Source of the DNA: Geobacter sulfurreducens PCA
Lineage (GTDB): Bacteria; Desulfobacterota; Desulfuromonadia; Geobacterales; Geobacteraceae
Assembly (NCBI RefSeq): GCF_000007985.2
Contig: NC_002939.5
Coordinates: forward strand, 2,340,001 to 2,372,000
Length of the DNA stretch: 32,000 nt
Direction: 5' to 3'
Numbering within the stretch: position 1 is the first letter of the stretch; each line of letters opens with the position of its first letter. The translations under genes were made by a program, and so were the position numbers. The notes below the pieces were generated by a model. The model did no database searches. It worked only from the letters and a program-made list of their open reading frames with translations, and was not told the DNA's origin. Below are positions 16,997 to 23,714 of the stretch, piece by piece.

Positions 16997-17883
16997 GTGC
17001 TACGATCTCCCCTGCCACCGGTAAAGCCTATGGCGTTCAGCGCGTCTGCCTTGCCTGGGGAGTGCCCCGCTCGTCGTTCTATAGCCGTGCAGGCAGAAAA
17101 ACATTGCCTGCTGTACTGCTCAAGCGTGGTCCAAAAACACCGCTCTCTGACGACGAGGTACTTTCTCTCATCCGGACCGACCTGGAGACATCCCCCTTTG
17201 TCGGCGAAGGGCACCGTAAGGTCTGGGGACGACTACGCTTCGTCAAAGGGATAAAAGTCGGCCGCAAACGAGTGTTGCGTCTCATGCGGGAGAACAATCT
17301 GCTCTCCCCTCACCGGGTTGTTCAGGGACAGCCCAAGGACCACGCCGGCAAGATCATCACGGCGGCCCCCAACGTCATGTGGGGTACCGATGGCACCAAG
17401 ATCTTCACCCTGGAAGAAGGGTGGTGCTGGTTGTTTACCGCCGTCGAGCATTGGAATGCCGAGTGCGTCGGTTGGCATGTGACCAAGAATGGCGACCGGT
17501 TTGCCGCATTGCAGCCGCTCGCCATGGGAATCAAGGCCCGTTTCGGCTCGGTCGGTGCCGCTGCTGCTCGAGGGTTGGCACTGAGGATGGATCACGGCAG
17601 CCAATACCTCTCAGAGCATTTCCAGAATCAGATCAAGTTCTGGGGAATTGCCCCAAGTTTCTCATTTGTTGCCGAACCGCAGACCAACGGGGTGACGGAA
17701 CGGTTTAATCGGACTATCAAAGAGCAGGTCATCTATGGCCGCCATTACCGCACAATCGAAGAAGTAAGGATGGCAGTAGCTGACTTCATGGATCGTTACA
17801 ACCGGCTGTGGCTGGTTGAAAAGCTCGGGTTCAGAAGCCCACGACAGGCTTTCGAGGAGTATCAACTCAAGAAGGCTGCGTGA
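16993..17883 (+). CDS. IS3-like transposase OrfB (copy 2)
   Basis: Translation identical to 6547-7437. Confidence 0.85.
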   Translation: MSATISPATGKAYGVQRVCLAWGVPRSSFYSRAGRKTLPAVLLKRGPKTPLSDDEVLSLIRTDLETSPFVGEGHRKVWGRLRFVKGIKVGRKRVLRLMRENNLLSPHRVVQGQPKDHAGKIITAAPNVMWGTDGTKIFTLEEGWCWLFTAVEHWNAECVGWHVTKNGDRFAALQPLAMGIKARFGSVGAAAARGLALRMDHGSQYLSEHFQNQIKFWGIAPSFSFVAEPQTNGVTERFNRTIKEQVIYGRHYRTIEEVRMAVADFMDRYNRLWLVEKLGFRSPRQAFEEYQLKKAA

Positions 17884-17919
17884 CTCTTATCTTGTGTCCA
17901 GGGTACCGGGCGCGCTACA

Positions 17920-17933
17920 AATAACCGTAATAT
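17920..17933. repeat. 14-bp target-site duplication of IS3-like copy 2, right copy
   Basis: Identical to 16555-16568. Confidence 0.9.
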
Positions 17934-18950
17934 CTGCTGCATCGACGATCCGATCTTTGACAGAAACGTCAAGTATGCCAGTACCAGATACACGCACAGG
18001 GCAATCCAGATCTGTGTGAGTACGGCATTCTCCGAGGTGCCGAGGAAGGTCTTGATCTTCAGGTTCTGTTTGATCCACTTGAAGAACAGTTCGATCTTCC
18101 AGCGCTCTTTGTAGAGATCCGCCACGATTGCTGCTTTCAGGTGATGCGCATTGGTCACGAAGCGGTAATCGTTGCCGTCATCGGCGATGAACTGGACAAG
18201 CCGCAGTTTGTCCTTCATCCCTTTGAGCCGAATCTCCTGGTCAAGAATGACGCCCGTTGCTTTCCTGCCGGGACGCTTCTTGAAGTATTCCACCAAGGCG
18301 TTCTCTTTCAGCCGGGTTACGAAGAAGATGCCGTTGGTCGTTAGTTGCTGCCACCAGTCGTAATCGGTGAAGCCCCGGTCAAAGACGGCCAGTGAACCGG
18401 CAGGCAGTTGTAGCATCCTGGCCCAGGACATCTCGTGCTTCTTGCCTTCGGTCACATCGATGAACTCAGGCAGATAGCCGTCAGCATCAAGACCGACATG
18501 CATCTTTATGGCACCCTTCTTCTGCCGGTAGGTGGCCCAAGGGAACGCCTCCAGACAGAGATTGATGGTGGTGGCATCCAGCAGATAGACTTTTTCATCG
18601 ATCTTGAAGCGATGACTGGGTGCAACTGCCTTGCATCGATGCAGCATTTTGTAAAAGAGCTCTTTGTACAACTCATGCGGCTGTTCATCGTTCACTCTGG
18701 CCAAGGTGGTACGGGAAACCGTCTTCATGCCCAGATGATAGAGCTTGTGGCCTTGGGCCTTGAGGTTTTCCACGATATCCCGCAGACTTTTTCTGCCGGA
18801 AAGTTGACAAACCATCATCGCCATGAACTGCGACCAACGGTTAAAAGAACGAAACTTCTGCCCGATGTGATGCTTGCGGGCAAGGGATTCAAATTCATGT
18901 CTCTTGAAAAAACCGACAACTTGGTTAAGGACTGTGTTACAATGTGCCAC
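17920..18950 (-). pseudogene. 5' part of the IS4-family transposase (DUF4372-like N-terminus plus DDE domain), C-terminus displaced by the nested IS
   Basis: GTG start at 18950. N-terminus NTVLNQVVGFFKRHEFESL...FMAMMVCQLSGRKSLRDI...LYHLGM is typical of IS4-family transposases. The listed ORF reads on into IS3-like sequence to 17862, giving a foreign C-terminal tail. Confidence 0.8.
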
Positions 18951-19052
18951 GGCTCTGATCTCCTTGTTAATATTGGTGTTTTGGCGAACTCAATATATCA
19001 CAAGTAGCTCTCAGGGCCTCTCTTTATTCAGTTAAACTATGGGACAGCAGTG

Positions 19053-19061
19053 GTGGTACCT
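19053..19061. repeat. 9-bp target-site duplication of the IS4-family element, right copy
   Basis: Identical to 16439-16447. Confidence 0.85.
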
Positions 19062-19296
19062 GTTCCTTCCTGTCAGACATTGTGAGTCCCCCGGCAAAAC
19101 CGGGGGGCCCAAAAATGTTAATTCATCTCCAGGGCAGCGCCAACTCTCGTTTTAAACTGGCCGAGGTCCTGAGCGGAGAAGTCTGTCACCACCTTGAGAT
19201 AGTTTATCCCGGGGTCATTTCTTACACATGGAGTTTTTCAGAACAATCTGCTGGTCTCTGCCGGGTGTCCACACTATTTGCTGGCAAGCAAACGGA

Positions 19297-19336
19297 AAGG
19301 CACTGAGATTGTCGACACGCCGGATCTCAGTGCCTT
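19297..19336 (-). terminator. intrinsic terminator after the Met-rich lipoprotein gene
   Basis: A perfect 13-bp stem: AAGGCACTGAGAT (19297-19309) with ATCTCAGTGCCTT (19324-19336). On the minus strand it is followed by TTCCGTTTGC. It lies 60 nt past the stop at 19396. Confidence 0.65.
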
Positions 19337-19395
19337 ACTGACAGGCAGTCCGTCTCAGCAGGGATGGACCGCTGCGCTTCCGACGACTTTTGGCG

Positions 19396-20283
19396 CTACA
19401 TCATCCCCCAGTTTCCTCCCATCATGCCGCCAGGCCGCCATGTGCCAGCGTTGTTGGTCCAGAATGATGAATGACTTGTGTAGTTCCTGAACATTGACGA
19501 GTAGTTGCCAAATCCGGTTCCTGTACCCGTATTTTGTAGCAAGGTAGTCATCTGATTACAGAAAGTAGTCATGGTAGGGCTGGTGATAGGAAGTCCGCTC
19601 GTGGCGTTCTGGACTATTTGTGGCATATAGAGGTTCATCTGCCCCATCATGTTTTGAAAGCGACTCTGGTTAACACCGGTACCGGTTATGACAAGCGGGG
19701 CCTGTTGAGCCATTATTGCTGCCATTTGCGTCGCCACCTGGTACATGGTCTGATAATTGGCGCTGCCTTGGCCACCCTGCGCTCCGTTGATATAATTGCC
19801 AAGCATGTTCACACCGGCAGGCAAATTGAGTTGATTACGCAGTTGGGTCATCGCATCAGTCATCGTCATGCCTGGATTGCCCGCTAGTTTCTGTTGAATC
19901 AGCGTTGACATGGGGCTAATGAAGTCGGTATATCCGGCAGGTGCTGTCAGGACGTAACCATTGGCAAGCGGAGATGAAGGATGATCTTCATCAACTGTCT
20001 GGCCAGCGATGGCTCTGACTATAATAGGGTATCTTCCGACAAGATTCGGAGCAATATCAAGAGTGTATGTGCCACCCTGTCCGGAAATGGCTTTCGGTTC
20101 ACCTGGCTCCCACTGATAATTGCCATTCATATCCATGAATACTTCTGCTCCACGCAGATAACCGTCTGCTACGACACCGCTGACGGTGCTCACGCCATTT
20201 CCGCCACCACCACCGCCACCACAACCTGCCAAGACACCCATCAACACCACTGAAGCAAAACCTAAACTCATAACTTTGTTCAT
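19396..20283 (-). CDS. lipoprotein with Gly linker and Met/Gln/Asn-rich helical C-terminal region
   Basis: Lipobox VLAGC followed by GGGGGGGNG. N-terminal beta domain VSGVVADGYLRGAEVFMDMNGNYQWEPGEP. The C-terminal two thirds are rich in Met, Gln and Asn and end WRPGGMMGGNWGMM. Confidence 0.65.
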   Translation of the reverse strand: MNKVMSLGFASVVLMGVLAGCGGGGGGGNGVSTVSGVVADGYLRGAEVFMDMNGNYQWEPGEPKAISGQGGTYTLDIAPNLVGRYPIIVRAIAGQTVDEDHPSSPLANGYVLTAPAGYTDFISPMSTLIQQKLAGNPGMTMTDAMTQLRNQLNLPAGVNMLGNYINGAQGGQGSANYQTMYQVATQMAAIMAQQAPLVITGTGVNQSRFQNMMGQMNLYMPQIVQNATSGLPITSPTMTTFCNQMTTLLQNTGTGTGFGNYSSMFRNYTSHSSFWTNNAGTWRPGGMMGGNWGMM

Positions 20284-20305
20284 CTCGTCACTCCTTATTG
20301 TACTG

Positions 20306-20647
20306 CTATTGTACTGAACGGATACGTCCGCTTCTCTTATGAATAATTACCCTGTCTACCGGCTTCTTGTTCCGGTCTAGAATCACTGCTTCGTAATAGC
20401 TTGTCTTCTCGACGATTTTACCAACCTGCACGTCTCTGTCGGCGTAGTATTCCGTGAGGTCGCGTCGTGCTTCCTCAAGGGAGGAGACGCTTTTGCGAGC
20501 CCCGTACCACCCCCATCGCTGATTGCTGCAATAGCCGTTGTAGGTCGTGTTGCAACCGCACTGTTCGCACGCTGAAGCTTCCGAGTGCAGAAGAGCGCCC
20601 GCGAGCAGTATCAGGCTGACCATCAATAATAGTTTGCCTCTCATCAT
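20306..20647 (-). CDS. exported PepSY-like domain protein with N-terminal Cys cluster
   Basis: Signal peptide, then CEQCGCNTTYNGYC. The C-terminus EEARRDLTEYYADRDVQVGKIVEKTSYYEAVILDRNKKPVDRVIIHKRSGRI fits the PepSY pattern. Confidence 0.5.
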   Translation of the reverse strand: MMRGKLLLMVSLILLAGALLHSEASACEQCGCNTTYNGYCSNQRWGWYGARKSVSSLEEARRDLTEYYADRDVQVGKIVEKTSYYEAVILDRNKKPVDRVIIHKRSGRIRSVQ

Positions 20648-20698
20648 AAGTAATTACCAGTTACGGATAGATTTGAACCCTGCCCGCTATCTCTGTTA

Positions 20699-21091
20699 CT
20701 ACCAATTACAATAGCCGCAGCCGCAACCGTAGCCAGAGCTCTGCCGGTAGTTCATGCCGCCACCCGTCCCCCAGTTGCCAACGCCGTATTTATCGCCCGT
20801 TGCCTGCAATTGATCCTGGAGGCTGGCGATTTCTTTGCGGAGGGCCGCTATTTTCCTGCCGTCCGGGACATCTTTACTGTACTCGTCCTGTAGTTCCAGT
20901 TGCTTGTCCATGAGGCTTTCCCTTGCCTTGAACGATTCCTTCTGGAAACTGCGCATCTTCTGAGTGCTGACATTCTGGCTGTTTCCGGTCATACACCAAC
21001 CGCCATTCCCCCAACCCCAGCCGGCATAGACAGCCGAACTTGCCATTAACGCCCCGACAACTGCTACTACTGCAATAATCCCCTTGTTCAT
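20699..21091 (-). CDS. periplasmic ZraP/Spy/CpxP-like protein with Gly/Trp/Cys-rich termini
   Basis: Signal peptide, GWGWGNGGWC, then the helical core FQKESFKARESLMDKQLELQDEY...ALRKEIASLQDQL. The C-terminus GYGCGCGYCNW recalls the Gly/Cys/His-rich tail of E. coli ZraP. Confidence 0.6.
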   Translation of the reverse strand: MNKGIIAVVAVVGALMASSAVYAGWGWGNGGWCMTGNSQNVSTQKMRSFQKESFKARESLMDKQLELQDEYSKDVPDGRKIAALRKEIASLQDQLQATGDKYGVGNWGTGGGMNYRQSSGYGCGCGYCNW

Positions 21092-21158
21092 GATAATTCT
21101 CCTTTGTGATGAAGTATTGCTATCGATGGTTTCATCGTAACAAAGGAGTGTGGGACAA

Positions 21159-22529
21159 TTATGAAGCGGTTGTGGAGAATTGTGGAGATTCCGCCTTGTC
21201 GGGAAACGCCAGTGAAATTGTTGTTCCTACCGCCTGGTTACTGGTGACGCTGATGGATGCGCCGTGCGCATCTGCCAGTTCCCTGACGATGGCGAGTCCG
21301 AGCCCGAGCCCGCCGTCTTTACCCCGGTAGAACCGCTCGAATATCAGGGGGAGTTCTTCTGCGGCGATGCCGCAACCGGTGTCGGCTACTGTGAGGGAGC
21401 AACCATCCGGGGTCCTCCTGGCACCAAGCGTTATGGCGCCTCCCGGAGCCGTTGCCTTGAGACTATTACTGATCAGATTGATGAGAATCTGCGAGAGCCG
21501 TTCGGGGTCGGCATAGACCGTGGCACCATCGTCAGTCTCTACCCTGAACTCTATCTCAAGGTTACGGGCGGCAGCCTCGAAGTATGTTGCCAGATTATCG
21601 AATATCTGCCTGACGTTCAGATTGACGGGGGCAAGACTGAGGGCGCTGGCCTGGGCCTGAAAAAACTCCTCCATCGAAGCCACAATCTTAGTGAGCCGCT
21701 GGTTCTCTTCAAGGAGCAGGCTCATGCGTGACGTGTCATTCGGCAATACACCGTCCAGAATACCTTCAAGCTGCCCTCGCATGACGGTCAGCGGGGTACG
21801 CAATTCATGGGCAAGGTTGGCGCAGATCTGCTTGCGCAGTTTGTTCTGTACCTGGAGAGTGTGCGCCATCTGGTTGAACGACTGGCCAAGGGCAGCCAGC
21901 TCATCGTTGCCGGATATAGCGACGCGTTCGGTCAGATTACCCTGGCTGATGTCGTGCGCTGCCTGCGATATCCTGATGATCGGACGGCTCAACCGGCGGG
22001 CAAAGATGACGCTCAGGATGCAGGCCGCAATACCGAGAATGATGGCCGAATAGGTGAGGAGCCGGTTGGTTCGCGCAATGAAGACACGGTTGCGCTCATC
22101 TGGAAGAAACCTGACTTCCAGTTGTCCGACTTCCTCGCCGTGGTGAAACAGAGGATAGGCGTGGTAGTCACCCTTGCCGGGCGCGGAGTCGGTGCGAGTT
22201 CCATGTTTGAAACGTGCCCGCTGTTCCGGCTGCAAAGAGTTCAGCGCTACGGCAGTTTCCATGACGGTTTTGCCGTCCAGGTCCACCAGACGGGTTTCCA
22301 GGCCGAGTTGAAGCGCCCAGATGGAGTCTTCCGCCGCCATCGCCTTGTCCCACCCTTTCTGGTTGGCAAAGGCGGATTCCAGGTCGGTGACGACCCATGA
22401 GACGCGGTCCTCCTGCTCTGCTTCGGCAAGAAGAGTGAAATCGCGCACGACCAATTCCCGGAGCAGAACCGCCGAAGTCACCCCCAGGCCGGCCATGAAC
22501 AGCAGTATGATCAGGAATTTCTTAAACAT
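21159..22529 (-). CDS. sensor histidine kinase (periplasmic sensor, HAMP, HisKA, HATPase), heavy-metal-type two-component system
   Basis: H-box LAHELRTPLT, N-box LINLISNSLKAT, G-boxes VADTGCGI and GGLGLGLAIV, and two TM segments. I prefer the ATG at 22529 (MFKKFLIILL), which overlaps the regulator stop by 8 nt. The listed start at 22541 is GTG. Confidence 0.85.
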   Translation of the reverse strand: MFKKFLIILLFMAGLGVTSAVLLRELVVRDFTLLAEAEQEDRVSWVVTDLESAFANQKGWDKAMAAEDSIWALQLGLETRLVDLDGKTVMETAVALNSLQPEQRARFKHGTRTDSAPGKGDYHAYPLFHHGEEVGQLEVRFLPDERNRVFIARTNRLLTYSAIILGIAACILSVIFARRLSRPIIRISQAAHDISQGNLTERVAISGNDELAALGQSFNQMAHTLQVQNKLRKQICANLAHELRTPLTVMRGQLEGILDGVLPNDTSRMSLLLEENQRLTKIVASMEEFFQAQASALSLAPVNLNVRQIFDNLATYFEAAARNLEIEFRVETDDGATVYADPERLSQILINLISNSLKATAPGGAITLGARRTPDGCSLTVADTGCGIAAEELPLIFERFYRGKDGGLGLGLAIVRELADAHGASISVTSNQAVGTTISLAFPDKAESPQFSTTAS

Positions 22530-23220
22530 CCGGTACGCCACCGAAGCGGTAGCCCAGGCCGTACACCGTTATGACATATGTCGGCGCCTTCGGGCTGTCA
22601 CTCAGCTTATGCCGGATGTTCTTGATGTGGGAATCGATATTCCGTTCATAGCCTTCGAACTGATACCCCATCGCCCTGTCTACCAGTTCCTCACGGGTAA
22701 AGGTTTTCTGCGGTCTGGCCGCGAGGGTGTGGAGCACCTTGAATTCCACTGCCGTCAATTTTACGGAAGTCCCCCGGCAGGTCACGGTATAGTTGCGGTC
22801 ATCGACAACCAATTCTCCCCTGTTGAAACTGAGCCGCTTTCCTCCATCCGCATTCTTTCCCGCCCGCTTCAGCACCGCCTGTACGCGTGCCACAAGTTCA
22901 CGTGGACTAAACGGCTTGACGACATAGTCATCGGCTCCCAGGGCGAACCCGGCCAGACGTTCCTCCTCTGAAGCCTTGGCGGTGATGATGACCACCGGAA
23001 TATCGGCAGTCTCCTTCAGTTCGCGGCACACTGCTTCGCCACTGAGGTCCGGGAGCATGAGATCGAGAACGACCAAAAGTGGAGATTCCGCTCTGGAGTT
23101 ATCCAGCGCATCCCTGCCTGTTGTCACGTGCACGACCTTGAGCCCGGCGTTCTCAAGATAGGCCAGAGCAACTTCTGCAATTCCGGCATCGTCCTCCACA
23201 AGGAGAATGTAATTATTCAT
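22522..23220 (-). CDS. OmpR/PhoB-family response regulator
   Basis: Receiver domain ILLVEDD...LVVLDLMLPD...KPF. Winged-helix output LTAVEFKVLHTL...ITVYGLGYRF. The start is taken as ATG 23220 (MNNYILLVEDD); ATG 23229 is also possible. The listed 23331 start adds an unlikely 37-aa extension that overlaps the DUF302 gene. Confidence 0.85.
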   Translation of the reverse strand: MNNYILLVEDDAGIAEVALAYLENAGLKVVHVTTGRDALDNSRAESPLLVVLDLMLPDLSGEAVCRELKETADIPVVIITAKASEEERLAGFALGADDYVVKPFSPRELVARVQAVLKRAGKNADGGKRLSFNRGELVVDDRNYTVTCRGTSVKLTAVEFKVLHTLAARPQKTFTREELVDRAMGYQFEGYERNIDSHIKNIRHKLSDSPKAPTYVITVYGLGYRFGGVPDV

Positions 23221-23287
23221 GTCGATCATCCCTTGTGCATGAGCTCCGACAGAGGGGAATCGGGCCTTGCCAATGACAGCTTTCTTC

Positions 23288-23674
23288 TCACTTCGCGAGA
23301 TTGATGATATCAAGCACAATCCGCTCAACATCCGACGCCAGGGTCTCTATGCCGGCTTCAGGGAAAAAATCCACGATGGCCGTCGGCAGCATGGTGCTGA
23401 TGAACGTCTCTCCCTTTTGCTCGTAAATGCTGATCGGGCAAGGAAGCATCAAGGCGATTCTGACATCCTTCTCAAGAACCTGACTGGCGTACTTGGCATT
23501 GCAGATTTCGACAATCTTCAACGGCTCACGGGCGAACCCTTTTTCCGTCAGCGTCTTGGCAACGTCGTGCGTATGCAAAACACGAAACCCTTTTTCTGCC
23601 GCTTTCTCTTCAATTGCGGATACGGCCTGATCAAATGACTTTTCTGACTTCACGGTGATTTCAAAACGTTTCAT
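23288..23674 (-). CDS. DUF302 domain protein
   Basis: GGGAGG RBS. FRVLHTHDVAKTLTEKG...LKIVEICNAKYASQVL...LMLPCPISIYE matches the DUF302 pattern often found in metal-resistance loci. Confidence 0.7.
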   Translation of the reverse strand: MKRFEITVKSEKSFDQAVSAIEEKAAEKGFRVLHTHDVAKTLTEKGFAREPLKIVEICNAKYASQVLEKDVRIALMLPCPISIYEQKGETFISTMLPTAIVDFFPEAGIETLASDVERIVLDIINLAK

Positions 23675-23714
23675 GTTGACCTCCCTTTGTAAGCAAGCTT
23701 AGTTGGGTTGATCC

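Larger units (their letters stand above)
16569..17919 (+). mobile_element. IS3-like insertion sequence, copy 2, nested in the IS4-family element
   Basis: Offset of exactly 10446 bp from copy 1. All six-frame ORF translations are identical to copy 1, and the stretches I compared base by base match. Same termini, different 14-bp duplication. Confidence 0.9.
16448..19052 (-). mobile_element. IS4-family insertion sequence (native length about 1240 bp) carrying a nested IS3-like element
   Basis: 19-bp perfect terminal inverted repeats: CACTGCTGTCCCATAGTTT at 16448-16466 and its reverse complement at 19034-19052. 9-bp duplication GTGGTACCT. A single DDE transposase gene is interrupted at 16569-17919. 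Confidence 0.85.

Noticed and set aside
6123-17919. A composite transposon made of the two IS3-like copies carrying the efflux operon.
   Set aside because: Each IS copy has its own matching 14-bp duplication, while the outer flanks (6109-6122 and 17920-17933) do not match each other. The copies therefore inserted independently.
16441-19060. First reading of the IS4-family ends as GGTACC...GGTACC with a 3-bp TGT duplication.
   Set aside because: Shifting the boundary inward gives 19-bp perfect inverted repeats (CACTGCTGTCCCATAGTTT) and an exact 9-bp duplication, GTGGTACCT. The GGTACC is part of the duplicated target.
19062-19395. Plus-strand ORFs at 19082-19306 and 19278-19490, and a roughly 40-codon open stretch on the minus strand ending at 19118 (...VTDFSAQDLGQFKTRVGAALEMN).
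   Set aside because: The plus-strand ORFs have no RBS or motifs. The minus-strand stretch has no start codon and may be a 3' remnant of a lost gene followed by a hairpin (19088-19106). This is too weak to annotate.
22522-23331. The long N-terminal extension of the response regulator, and similar listed extensions at 14573-15940, 25975-26487, 27042-27656 and 9829-10197.
   Set aside because: The extensions start at non-ATG or unsupported codons, overlap neighbouring genes, or precede obvious signal peptides or domain starts. Internal ATGs with RBSs fit better.
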